Under the pieces are notes generated by a model. It did no database searches, was not told the origin of the DNA, and saw only the letters and a program-made list of their open reading frames with translations. Below, in pieces: positions 13,199-25,300 of a stretch of DNA of 64,000 nt. Positions within the stretch are counted from its first letter, which is position 1, and the number at the start of each line of letters is the position of its first letter. The stretch covers positions 5,015,886 through 5,079,885 of the forward strand of contig BFEA01000003.1 of the NCBI GenBank assembly GCA_003427395.1, given 5' to 3'. The DNA comes from Chara braunii (taxonomy: Eukaryota > Plantae > Charophyceae). The translations under genes and the position numbers were made by a program.

Positions 13199-14401
13199 TC
13201 ACTTCTTCCCAGCAGCGGTGACATTGAACTTGAAGTTTATGATATCCCCATCAGCGACGACGTAATTTTTGCCCTCCTGTTTGAATTTCCCCGCCGCCCT
13301 GACCGCTGCCTCGCTCCCCTGCTCCTTCAGATCGTCGTATTTCATCACTTCAGCACAAATGAATCCCCTCTCGAAGTCTGTGTGAATTGCCCCCGCTGCT
13401 TGCGGTGCTTTCGTCTGCTTGCGTATGGACCAGCACTTGACCTCATCCGCTCCCGCCGTGAAGAAGTAGATCAGATGGATTGCCGCGAATCCCGTCTTGA
13501 TGATCTTCGGCAGCGCGCTCTGCAGCTCGCTCTCTTTGCAGTATCGCTCCGCCTCATCGGGGGGCATATCCGCAAGTTTCCTCTCCAAAGCGCCGCTGAA
13601 TGGGATGATCACATCGCCTCCGTGGTCCTTAACCCAGGCATGGATCTTGGCCAGCCACTTGTTCTTCTTCCTGTGGTAATCTTTCTCCGTCATATTGACC
13701 AGGTACACGACGGTTTTGGCGCTCAAGAGTTGGAATTTGTTCAAGATCAGAATCTCGTCGGCTTTCCAGTCCCCGAGCCTAACATCCTTGCCCTCTTCCA
13801 GCATCTCCACCACCTTCTGGCAGCACTCAAGCTCCTTCTTCTTCTCCTTGTCATTAGGGTTTCGCTTCATGTCCTTTGAGAGCTCCTCCAGCTTCTTGTC
13901 CATCATCTCCCGGTCCTTCAACCTCAGCTCTTCGCTCACGATCTCCAGGTCGCGGACGGGATCCACGCTGTCTTCCACGTGGATGACGTCGGGATCGTCG
14001 AAAGCGCGAAGCACGTGGAAGATCCCATCCACTTCTCGGATATTCGCTAGAAAGGCATTGCCCAGGCCCTGGCCTGCGTGAGCCCCCCGCACTAGACCGG
14101 CAATATCGTGGACCTGCAAGAAGGCGGGGACTTCGCTCTTCGGCTTATAAAGATCGCACAGCCAAGTGAATCGGTCGTCGGGGACGTTGACACGTGCCTG
14201 ATGAGGCTCGATGGTGCAGAAGGGGAAATTTTCCGCGGGGATGCTCAGCTTGGTCAACGTGTTAAAAAGCGTTGACTTTCCCACGTTGGGCAGCCCTACG
14301 ATGCCAATCTTAAGATGAGAGGAGAATCGGCCGAGGATTGGTCTCTCCTCAGCAGCTCCGCCTTTCCCCTTGGCTCCCCCCGCTGCTGCTTTCGGCGCCA
14401 T
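13199..14401 (-). CDS. OLA1: Obg-like ATPase 1 / YchF (intact, 400 aa, single exon)
   Basis: P-loop [28 protein letters not shown], and C-terminal TGS-type [35 protein letters not shown]. Confidence 0.97.
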   Translation of the reverse strand: MAPKAAAGGAKGKGGAAEERPILGRFSSHLKIGIVGLPNVGKSTLFNTLTKLSIPAENFPFCTIEPHQARVNVPDDRFTWLCDLYKPKSEVPAFLQVHDIAGLVRGAHAGQGLGNAFLANIREVDGIFHVLRAFDDPDVIHVEDSVDPVRDLEIVSEELRLKDREMMDKKLEELSKDMKRNPNDKEKKKELECCQKVVEMLEEGKDVRLGDWKADEILILNKFQLLSAKTVVYLVNMTEKDYHRKKNKWLAKIHAWVKDHGGDVIIPFSGALERKLADMPPDEAERYCKESELQSALPKIIKTGFAAIHLIYFFTAGADEVKCWSIRKQTKAPQAAGAIHTDFERGFICAEVMKYDDLKEQGSEAAVRAAGKFKQEGKNYVVADGDIINFKFNVTAAGKK

Positions 14402-15252
14402 AGCTCGCTCTTAAGAGAGAAGCTCCTCTTCTTCTTCCTTCTCCTCCCGCTGCCCCTCCTCCTCTTCTTCCTCCTCTTCCTCCTCCTAGTTCCTTTTGTT
14501 CTTCCTCTCGCCTAACCTCTCTCTCTCCTGTGTGATCGAACCAGCAGCAGAGAGAAGGATGTCGTCCTCAAGAATCAGAGTGCAAGAGAGAGAAGGGAGG
14601 AGAAAGGAGGAGAATGGAGACGTGCGAGCCTACACAACAGTAGCCAGGGGAAATGGAGAGAACGGGAGGAGAGAGAGAGAGATGAGAGTGGGCGTCGTTT
14701 GGCAACACGCACGTGAGAAACGACAAAACGAAAGAATCGCTCTTTGCCGTAGATCAGACCGATCTACGGCAGTGCAGCAGCGCGAGCGCCGCCCGCAACG
14801 ACGTAGAACCGGGCGAAGGGAAGGAGGGCGTAAGCCGACGATCTCCTAAGTGCCCTCCACTCCACTGCCGGTGCCAACACCTGAGGCCCCAGAAGAGGGG
14901 TTCAGCCTTTCCTGGGAAAAAGCCCCGTCCACTCTCCCCTTCAGTTCCCTTCCCTTCTCTTCCCTTCCACCTCAGCCTGGCTTCCTATTCCCAGTGCAAT
15001 TGTCTTGTCTCCGCTACGGGTATACTCACAATGGCATGGCAATTACGGCTGGACCTGGATGAATCTGACGGCAATCAAGCATAGAGGGCAGTAGAAAATG
15101 CCCTACTTGGGCCCTCTGACCCTGGCCGGTGATGCCTACCGGTAGTCCAGGGGTTCCTGCCTGCCTTTTTGTGAGGGACGGCGGGCCCGGTTCTCGGCTT
15201 TGGTAAATAACTGCCATACAACAAAAAAAAAAGGCCCCTGCTTCAAGCGCTC

Positions 15253-15482
15253 CCAGCTTCGACACTGACGAGCGATGTGCGGGCGAGCAGGGACCGGTCC
15301 GCTGGTGGACGCGAATGTCGGTCGTAGCTCCCTCAGGGCCGACCGCAGAGCATAGAGAACAGTAGAAAATGCCCTGCTTGCGCTGCCAGCTTCGGCACTG
15401 ACGAACGATATGCGGCCGAGCAGGGACAGGTCCGTTGGTGGAAGCACATGCCGGTCGAAGCTTACTCAGGGCCGACCGCAGA
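15253..15482. repeat. Diverged ~132-bp tandem duplication upstream of OLA1
   Basis: ccagcttcg.cactgacga.cgat.tgcgg.cgagcagggac...ctcagggccgaccgcaga twice; agcatagag..cagtagaaaatgccct is also at ~15078. Confidence 0.8.
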
Positions 15483-15686
15483 TGAGGTGGCCGGAGAGTG
15501 GAGACTGGCCCTTAGGAAGGGGTCACTAAGGAAAGGTCTCATTTGGAAAGACAAAGTCCCATTGACCAGCATGGCCGCCCGCCCACCCGCCGTCGACCGT
15601 GAGTCCAACCTCGCCCTCCCACCCACGCGCCTGCCGGCCCACTCAACCACTCGGACAACTTTGTCTGCCCGCCCTCCTGGGGTCTA

Positions 15687-15801
15687 GTCCCACTTGCAGT
15701 GTGTAGCAGTCGAAAACTACACGTTGCAACGCGTGGAGTAGTAAATGGTCGACAAAAGTTCCCTACGCATCGCACATATACTACACGTGTGCAAGTGGGA
15801 C
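15687..15801. mobile_element. Decayed Harbinger-like MITE
   Basis: gtcccacttgca...tgcaagtgggac inverted ends; terminus resembles those at 33559 and 34646. Confidence 0.55.
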
Positions 15802-15822
15802 CGTGACTAGAGCTCGGGTCGT

Positions 15823-15876
15823 CCACTGACATAAGGATTTTCAGTCCTTCGCTCTAACCAACTGAGCTACCTAAAC
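15823..15876 (-). pseudogene. trnF: Mitochondrial-type tRNA-Phe(GAA) fragment (NUMT), T arm and 3' acceptor strand missing
   Basis: Reverse strand GTTTAGGTAGCTCAGTTGGTTAGAGCGAAGGACTGAAAATCCTTATGTCAGTGG, closely resembling plant mitochondrial trnF. Confidence 0.85.
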
Positions 15877-16277
15877 AGAAACAAAATCAAACTATGTTCA
15901 ATTCATAAAAGGTAATTCAAAGATTACTAAGTACAAAGGCGCATTTTGGTAATCGTACGCCCGCCCACAAACCTTCACCCACCCACTCCGAAAGCATTAC
16001 TTCGCTTGCCCACCATACAACTCTGCTCGCTCGCCCACACAGCTTCGCCCTCCGCCATCTACATCTCCCCCACCTACGACTTTCATTCTCCCTCATTTGC
16101 CTTTTACCCCCTCCCAAGCAAACATGGAGAACCAAGACAATGAACACCCCCACAGAAATAAAAGAGGTAGAGGAAGATGTCATTGAAATAGAAGACAGTG
16201 AGGCAATAGTTTATCGATAACATTATCGAATGATGATTCGTGGCAGCAATTCGGCGGAGATGTCCCAATTGTTGCAT

Positions 16278-16402
16278 ATTAATAGCAGGTCGGATTCCAC
16301 GATAAAACAGTTTTGTCCGTCAGTAATGGAGATTACATTGGTAGAAATATAAACAGATACATCTTCAACTTGTGTTTCAATAACAGGTAAAGCAGTCAGA
16401 CT
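16278..16402 (-). pseudogene. atp1: Mitochondrial ATP synthase alpha fragment (NUMT)
   Basis: [30 protein letters not shown], then after a small deletion [11 protein letters not shown]. Confidence 0.88.
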
Positions 16403-17074
16403 AGACGAACATAACGTGCAATGGCTCAAAAAAAACACTGCAGTGGTGAATTTTGAATTTTTTATGCCAGCTTATCCCCATATACGCAAGTAGATGGGTA
16501 AAAAATGAATTAGGAATTCAAATAATGAAATGAGGAATTTTCATAAATTGAGGCACAAATATAATGGTGTGTATCCCTCCGCACAAGGAGATCTGTTGTT
16601 CTTACTGAAGAATAAAATAGATAAGGGAAAATCTTCGATTGTGTTGTTATACAACATCACATTCAATCATTGGGCAAGACGAAAAATGTTGGAGGAGAAA
16701 CAAACAAAGTAGAGAGAGGGAAGACTAATGATCACTCAAGTCTAATCCTTGAAAATAAAATTGAGACAATCCTAACATTGTATCCAATACTCAGAAATGA
16801 AGAAGAACCCAAACTCTTGAATATGAAATTTGACCTCCCAACACAAGCTAAAGCACGGGTGGCAAAAAAGATGAGGATGCGTTTTCAACATTAAGATAAA
16901 TTTTAAACTGAAAGTAGATATCGTGACTGCAGACACACCTTAATGTGATAAATATAATTGGTAATATCACACGACTGAGGAATGCGCGTTCTCATAAGAG
17001 AAAAATCGAAGGAACAAATTGGATAACGAACAACTCAGCACCATCGAGCTCTACAACCCGGAGTTTCAAGTTTT

Positions 17075-17775
17075 AACAGGAAAATTTCCCAGAGTTAGAT
17101 AATCATTCTATAGTAAAATTATATTATACATTTTAAATTTTTATTTTATCTTTAAAAATATAATTTAAATTAAAAAAAAAATCGTCGTACATGAATACTT
17201 TTATTCCAATAATGGGGTATCCCTTCTTACTTGCACTACATGTTAAAGATGGAATGAAAGTTTGGATGAGTTCATGAAATATTTTAATTGGACTGTCATT
17301 CTATGTAAGGATTTTCAGTGATAAATAAGTTAATTCAATTTAAAATTAAAAGATATTTATTATAGTAGAATGAAAGTTTAATTAAACCACTAGTACCTCC
17401 GAGCCTGTTTTTGACCAGTTTTGGTCTACCTCCGAACTTTCAGGAGGTTGGGTCTGACAACGGCTGCTGTTGATAAATCTGATTAGCGGTCGTTATTTCG
17501 TTTCGGCTTCCTGAAAGTTTAGTGGCCCAGTATTTTCGAACCGACAAAGGTACTAGTGGTTTAAGACATTTCATGAACTCGTCTAGACGTTCATTCCATC
17601 TTTAAAAAATAGATGTAGTTGGAAGGGAAACCTCATATTTATATGGGAACTTATCGAATGAAACTGAAAATTTTAGAATTGGATGAACATTGAAAGGATA
17701 ATTTATAAATATGAAGGATTTTTTTTTTATGGAATGTTTTTTCAAATTTCATTTCTCGTGGGAATTTTTCTGTTG
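17075..17775. mobile_element. AT-rich MITE family A, copy 1 (with nested insert)
   Basis: Inverted termini aacaggaaaatttccc / gggaatttttctgtt; colinear with 29696-30217. Confidence 0.8.
17386..17560. mobile_element. 175-bp MITE with TTAA target site duplication
   Basis: TIR ACCACTAGTACC/GGTACTAGTGGT with TTAA on both sides. Absent from the paralogous site at ~30002. Confidence 0.88.
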
Positions 17776-18061
17776 TTGGAATCAGAGGTGGGGGTAGAGG
17801 TAGGGGGAGAGGTAGAAGAGGCGCAGGGGAGGTTGAGGAGACCGCATGTCGTCCCTCCCCATCCCATATATCATGTCCCACCCAGGGGATGCATCCTCTA
17901 ATTCCTAACAACCTATGATAATTCAACGTTTTCACCCGAACACCAAAAGGGACACCCTCGTACCATTGATCATGAAACTGTTATTGTACTTGGCCAAAGC
18001 TATGATGATTGGTTTAGGTACTCATTATTGGGCAAATTTTATTTTCATACTACAAAAAACC

Positions 18062-18566
18062 TAGGTTACCAATTGTCCGGAGATCCGACGTCTCCCCCGG
18101 ACGTCTCCCCCATACGTCCGATACCCCCGTCGTCCGGATTTCCGAACGACGGTTTTTTAGCACTAAATAATATAAAAAAAAAAAAAAATGACAGTGTTGC
18201 ACATGCCCTAGAGACCCTCCACAAAAATTTTCAGATTTTTTTGAACATTTGGTGATAGGGTGGTATTTGGGGTGGGGTGGGGGGGGGGGGAGTACGAGAG
18301 GGTTTTGTGGGGATAGGAGGGGTATTAGTGGGGATTAGAATCTTTAAAGATTTTTATTGTTTATTCTACTTACCCAAATGAGCCAAAAAATTGGTGGCAT
18401 ACACCTTCTGCAAGGTGAAAGCCACACAATTTTTTTCAATTATTATTTTTTTATTTTTTTTTTGCGGTAGGTCGAACATACCCTGTCCAGTCCAACGTCC
18501 GACCATACGTCCGGGCGGACATCTCGGACGGTCAGGGGGGTCCCGGACATCCGATCCGGTAACCTA
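18062..18566. mobile_element. hAT-like non-autonomous element
   Basis: TAGGTTACC...GGTAACCTA termini and subterminal gtccg/cggac repeats; TSD not confirmed. Confidence 0.55.
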
Positions 18567-20845
18567 TAAAAAAAAAAAATTACGTTTTGGTTATAATTTG
18601 TCACTCAAAGAATGATGAAACTAATACCCTTGACGTTGAAAAAATGACTTGTTGGGCAAAAACAATAACACAACAAAGCATTGAACCTTCTCTCAGAAGT
18701 TGTCGTACCAAAAGGGTATTTGGTGTATTTATTGCATATTCACACCAGTGTCGTCATGTTTGTAATTGGCGACGTTCTATGTAAGTCGATATGAAGTCTT
18801 GGTATGGGGTTGTCAAGATTGGATTGGGAGAAGACCAATGTGTGAATATGAGATGTATCGAGACTTGTCCAACGGGACCTTAGCATGTGAGGCGGATCAC
18901 GTACACATGGAAAAATTGACTTTTTTGCCCAAATGGGCAACGTGCGCAGTGTGCCGACGGCTAAGCGCAACCGCTTGGCGTGCCCGACATCAAACTTCAA
19001 CCAACATCAATGGAGCAACGGAGTACGATGAAAAAAGTAAAAGGGGTGAGGGTCTCGGGAGACTATCCCTCTTAGTTTTACCACTAGTCTCAGACACGGG
19101 TCCGAATGGCGAGATCGAGAAGGTGTCGGTGATTTTTCCTCTTTCTTATAATCCTCTCCGTTTTTTATTTTTTTTGTTAATTTATTTTATTATTATTAAA
19201 TTTTATAGTCCCATGTTGGAACCCGAACCGGTATTGCTTGCGGGACCGGTGATAGGACAGACGGACCTAGCTCAGTTGTTACACCTATAAGTTGTTGAAT
19301 TGGAAACTGAAGTTCAAACCCAAATGATGAAACTCGATGGGTAAGGCCAAATGTTTTTGAATTACCTAGGACGAATTAGTTCAATGATGATATCTGTATA
19401 TCGTGGCTTGCGGCCCGTCCTTTGGGACATTTGTTAAAATTGCAATAATACAGAGACAATTAGTATGGTCCGTGCGCGGAGACGACACGTAGATGGGGGA
19501 TTGCCTTTGTTATGAGAAAATTTTAACTACCTTCGCCCCTAAATGGATCTAGCACGAATTCAAGGGAGGTGCGTTAAACTTGGGTTGGCTTGCGGCCATT
19601 GGTCGGCATATAGCGATATAAGATAGCGCAACCAACAACAGAAAGTTTTTTGTTTAAGAGTTAGGGTTTCGTTTGGACCGAGCGAGGAGCGAGTCCGCTG
19701 ACATGTCCGAACGTGTGCACTAGTCTTAGTAGTAGAGGACCATGAATGAAAAGACAAAGAAGACAACAGAGGTGATGAAGGCGACGAGATCGAACATGGC
19801 AGGTTGGAAGAACGCGCTTATCGTCCAATTCGGACCAAGTGTCGTTTCCAATATTTTTTGCTATGGTGAATCCGATGGTGATGTCGGATTTCGAAGTTTG
19901 TGGATGGTTCTGGCGCTACGGGGGTTACGAGTTGCGCAACCCAAATGGGGAGTGTCGAGTATGTTGATGATGAAACGACGAGGAGGCGGGAGGACTGAGC
20001 ATGGACAAGACGTATAATAAAGGACAAGCAGATGACACGGGAAATCAAAAGGGCGTAGGAGAAATGAATAAAGAGGAAAGGAGATGAGCTACAATGGGAT
20101 AAGAGATCTTACCTCAATATGATGATGTATCTTCTCATGTTGTAGCGGAAGATTCATTCTCACTTTGCATCTTTGGTGAGTAGAGGAGAGAAGTTTGTGA
20201 TACTCGCTGTCGTAACCATTGTCAATTCCCCATCATATACATCATTACGATCGACATACTGCCTCCAGCGCTGCTCGCCATTGCGATTTCTATCCCACTG
20301 CTGCTCGTCAAGATCCTGATTCGGGCATTGGTGGTTAGCCTGTGGTCGCCATAGTTTCTCCCCTTCGCCACAATCTTTGTTGATTGCCTTCGCCTTGGTA
20401 ATTGAGGATCCCAATGTTGTTCATGATCTTCTTCATCCGAGTGCAGTTCGCCACTGAGATCTTGGTGATGTGCTTTATCCCGACCCTAGCCACGTCTGAC
20501 GTGGCGGCCTCTATAGTAGTGAAGGTCCTAATGTTCGTCGTCAAGTTACCTTAACGGTCATCATGCTTCTCACCCGCGGTAGGGGTTAGAATCAATGTTG
20601 TGGTCGGACTACCAATCACAAGTCGCCTTCATCGTACTGATTTTGCAACCCGTTGCATTCCTTATGATGGCCACCAAGCACGTCAGCGTCGACTCTATCA
20701 CGAGCGTCATCAGTCTTCATTATTGTGGTTGCCTTTTTCATGATGATGAATCTTCCCTTGTTCTGAAGGAAGATTCACTATCGTTTTATGCAATTGGGAA
20801 GTCGGGCAGCAAACGAAAGTCGGGCAGCAAGCGAAAGACGGGCTA

Positions 20846-20848
<3 letters not shown>

Positions 20849-20931
<83 letters not shown>
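20849..20931. repeat. (GA)n microsatellite
   Basis: Direct reading. Confidence 0.95.
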
Positions 20932-20934
<3 letters not shown>

Positions 20935-21060
20935 CGGAGAGCTGGCCATTAAGAACTGGCGGTGCGGGATGAACCGAAAGTCGAGCTATAGAGCCAAGTT
21001 GCGGGATAGCCTAATAAAAGTTTTGGTAGGCGTATCTTCTCATGTTTAAGCAGAAGATTA

Positions 21061-21449
21061 ATTCTCATTTGCACATTTGGTGAGTTAGGCAACGAGTGTA
21101 GTGACGGGCGACGTGAACAGAGTGCACTATACAGACTCAAGTTCAAATCCAAAGGCAAACGGGCGAGGCTTACCCCATGCACCGCGGCACAGGGCCTTGT
21201 GCCCCCTCAAAACAGAAAGAGAAAAAAAACAATAAAATAAGAATAAGAAGATAAAAAAGGAGAAAAAAAAAAAAAGAAAAATAATAATAATTAAAAAAAC
21301 TCACCTGCTTTCAAGCCCTGCCAACAAGTAAGGGCACCTCATTGGTTGTCGGACACCAACGAGTTGCTGAAATGCAGACTCGAGTTCGAATCTAGATGCA
21401 ACCAGGGTGGGGTGGACCCCACCACTCACCAAACGTGCAAAATGAGAAT
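21061..21449. repeat. Short dispersed repeat in inverted pair
   Basis: attctcatttgcacatttggtgagt vs actcaccaaacgtgcaaaatgagaat; another related copy at ~32190-32290. Confidence 0.6.
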
Positions 21450-22322
21450 GAATACTTTGCTATAAAAAAAGAGATACACCACCATTCATATTTCACCCCC
21501 CCCCCCTTTGTTGCTACGAGAAACGAAGAGGTCAAAGCAAAAAAAAAAATAATTAAAAAAAAAAAAAATCATAAAAATTGATAAAATGAGATTAGACGCC
21601 CTTAAAATTGGCGCCTGACATCTCTGTTGGGAGTTGTAACTCTAATCTTTTATGAATCGTGTCATGTGACACTATACATTAATTTTTTTTTTTTTCCATT
21701 CTTTCGTCGGCTTATGCCAGCAATCATGCTATGCTCGTGACACATCCACGGGTTGCTGAACTATAAACCCAAGTTCAAGTCTTAATGGACTTTATTCCGA
21801 AAAAAAATTAAAAAAATGGACCATTTTTTTTTTTTAATGCGTGTCATGCTTGCGAGGGGCCATGTTGATCTTGACGCGGCTGATTTCAGCCACTCTAGTT
21901 ACCCTTGCTCAGCAGGTTCTCCAAAAGGAGTTGGACCAGTGGTATGGGTGCGGTTCAATCCCCATACCACTAGGGTAAGAATCAGTGTTTGTACCTATTG
22001 AGCTGTCTCTTATTCCTGATAGAATAGGAGCAACCTCCCTTATAAAGGGCATGTCCCAAATATGCCGTCTCTGCCCAATGGCTGAGCAGGTCCTGCCTAC
22101 CCCGCCTTTTTCACACAGCTGGTTGTCCGTCAACGGTTCGGTCAGGTGTCTGGTTTGGCGTCCCATAGCACCGACTTCCCCAACTCTCAATGTGGAATTA
22201 AACCCCATGGCTAGTTAGTTTATAAAAATAAATAAATAGGCATCTCATCCCCCCCCCCTACCGCGCCGCGGTGTCGCACTTTTTCCAGTCGGATCACTTA
22301 GGCAACCGGAAAGCCAACAGGC

Positions 22323-25300
22323 TGTCACGCAGGGTTTTGTATATGATTGCAATAAATAAAATAAATTAAATAATGCAAATCCCTTCCTGTTGTGTGCGTC
22401 CGGCTTCAAGCGAGACCCTTCAATTACGTCTTCGCCAGTCCCCGGTCTTAGGAATCTTTTATTTTGATTCGGAACAACAGAGAATCATGCAAATAATAAT
22501 CATAAAATTGTGGAGTGCTAAGCATGCATCAATTATGTCAATCTGATTTTGAGAATTGTGACCAAGTCATCCACATAAGCAATCATCAAACAAACAATGC
22601 AAGAAGCAAGACCGACTGACTCGAGCAACGACAAGGTCAAATAAATGAGGGAAGAATGAGAACTCTCGTAATAGTCTCAGAAAGTACATATAAAAGAGAG
22701 CATGGCCAGCACCAATCAAGAGTCCTCACTCAACCCTCTGGACTTTACACTTATTTTCTCACTTTGCTGTTCGTTGTCTGGGCTTCTTGCCATGTCTCCG
22801 TACTCTCTAAGGTTGTGGTCTCTCAATGTAAAGCCACCTGAAACCTGTTAGTTTCAAACATTTACATCCAAGTCCCATGATACGGAAGTCAACCATGGCA
22901 CAAAACTCCTCCCATAGAGTGGGGAGATAGGGCTGAGAGAAAACGTCCCTCTTGAGATGTGAGAACTCTGAGGGCTCTGTCACCGCCTCATAATCGATCA
23001 CTGCAAGGGAGATGTACCTCTTGGCTAAGTCCACAAGGTCACCCTAATATGATCCGTCAGTGAAGTAGTAAGGAATCAGAGGCTTGGGGTAGTCAACGAA
23101 AAGCTTAGGTCCAAAGCTATAGACTAGCTTTGCGCTCCCCTGGAGTCTCTCATCTTCCATTGCACGAACCTAGCCGTTGTGACCCACACTGCATCAAAAT
23201 GAGGATGTGTCTCTTTTTCCTTCTTCAGATATATCCGCAGATCCCTGAGTGCACCCCCTGCGAATTCTGTGAGAGCGACGAAGATTGACAGGTCTTCACG
23301 CCTGAAGCCATCAATCTGGACATACTTGTAGGGGAAACTCTCTTTGACAGCGATCAGATTTAGGCTGTCAAGGACCGGTTGACCAACTGTAATGGGGTTG
23401 ATCTTTCTCATGTATTTGGTAAATAGTTACTCCCCGATAGGAGAAAAAAAGATTGTGCTCGATTCGGAAATCCGCTGCTTGAGTGTCTTTTGAATATTGT
23501 TCTGGATGCGGCTCTGAATGCTGTTCCCGATTGCTGTTCTGATTGTTGTTCTGATTGCTATTCTGATTGCTGTTTGAAAACCGACAGCTAAGATTGTCTG
23601 AGTAAACTTTGATTGTATGTTTGCCTGAGTACTGTCTGGATGCTGATTTAATACTGTTTGAATAAAGGGGTCAACGGATGCTAGTCTCCTAACACCCAAA
23701 ATATTTGGAGATTTGCAGGTCTCGACGTAACACTAGTTAACCTGAGTTGCTGGTTAAATTCCAAAGACACGTAACGACAGTGAGTTTCTGACTGAACCTG
23801 ATTACTTGAAGAAGCTGCAGATGACAAGTGAAACTTTTTTCAACCAAGACACCAAAGGAAACTGTGATGAAAGAGTCTGAGTACTTTTTGTTTTACACAA
23901 GTCTTAGCCTGGCCTGTTCAACTGTTTCCAGGAACGAGTTGGCACTGTGCAACCGACCATTGCCACCATAGAAGTAAATCACATATTCGATATACCTCTT
24001 CCCTCTGGCCATCTCTATTGCGTACCCTCTCTGAGTCAGTTTATCAGTTTTCATAACTGAGAAGACTTTTTCCTCCCACTTTTCCCTCTTGTCTTTTACT
24101 GAGTTGCACTTCACTACTAGGATCTCGTCTTCTCTCATCTTTCTTGTGATTTACCAGGGTTCAAACATCAAGTAGTGTAGTGAGCTTGATTGACTACAGA
24201 CGAGCTCAGTATGCCTTGCACATTGAGCACGAGACTGTTCCTGGGCTCAGAATCATAGGGGCTTAATCAGCTCATCTCGGTAATGCTGGGCACTCAGACT
24301 ATTAGGTATGAGTCACTCTCATTCTGAGTGAGGAACCATGCTCTGCAGTACTTCACCTTTAAGATAATTACGACTCTCACTCAGAACAGTGGAGGTGCAC
24401 CGTTTAAACCTGTGAAGGTCTGAGTTTGCAAGGCTCAAAACGGGTCCAGGAGCTTGCTGCATGTTTGTCGAGTCAGCATTTGGTCACCCAATGACTGAAT
24501 TACCTGTGTAATGTTTGTGTTCACCAGACCCAAGCGTAAGTAAACCAAGACGGTGCTGGGTTCTCTGAATCTACACCAAGACGTATGAGCCTGTATTGAA
24601 TTGTCAAAGTCTACGTTAGGATGCTTGGGTCTGCTTTGGGCTTGCCTAAGTCAGGCTTGAATGAAATCAGCCTAGGGTGGTAAATCATCCAGGCTACTGC
24701 TTGCAAAACTCTCCGAGTCCGTTGAGTCTTTTAAGTCTGAGGAATGTCTGAGTCTTACCCGAATTGGCTAGTCATTAGTCCGACTGCATCCGCTTAATCG
24801 AGTCTACAAAGTTGAGCTTAGGTTTGTAAAGCCTAATCCGCGGAGCTCGTTCTGCAGGAAAATTAGTCTGCTACTCTCTGGGTCAGCTGTTCACTAGTTC
24901 CGCAACTCACTGAGCTGGATAAGCTTGTACTTAGCTGTCTATCAGTCGTGTGCGACACCACAAGGATAGACTACTGAGTTACAGTATGAGACTCACTCAC
25001 TCTTTATGCACGACGAAGCAACACAATCTGATTAGAAAATATACCGCTCCCCCTTGGACAACAAACCCTCCCCATATGCCGTACTAAAAATGGTTGCTCA
25101 GTCCCCCTTCATATATTGCTTTAGGGGCCGTTTTCAGAAATGTCGGTCACGTGCACATTAGATAGGTGCCATCATCCTTTGGGAATGACCTAGGAAATCT
25201 AGATGGGCTTCGTGTTTTATACGAAGCCGAGCACTACTCATCACGCCCTTCTCAAGCTTTTCCTTACACCCATCATAAGGTACTGCTATAGACAAGGTCC

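Noticed and set aside
13382-14081. Plus-strand ORFs over OLA1
   Set aside because: Antisense shadows of a GC-rich gene.
18766-19290. 174-aa ORF
   Set aside because: Crosses compositionally different repeat fragments and has no motif.
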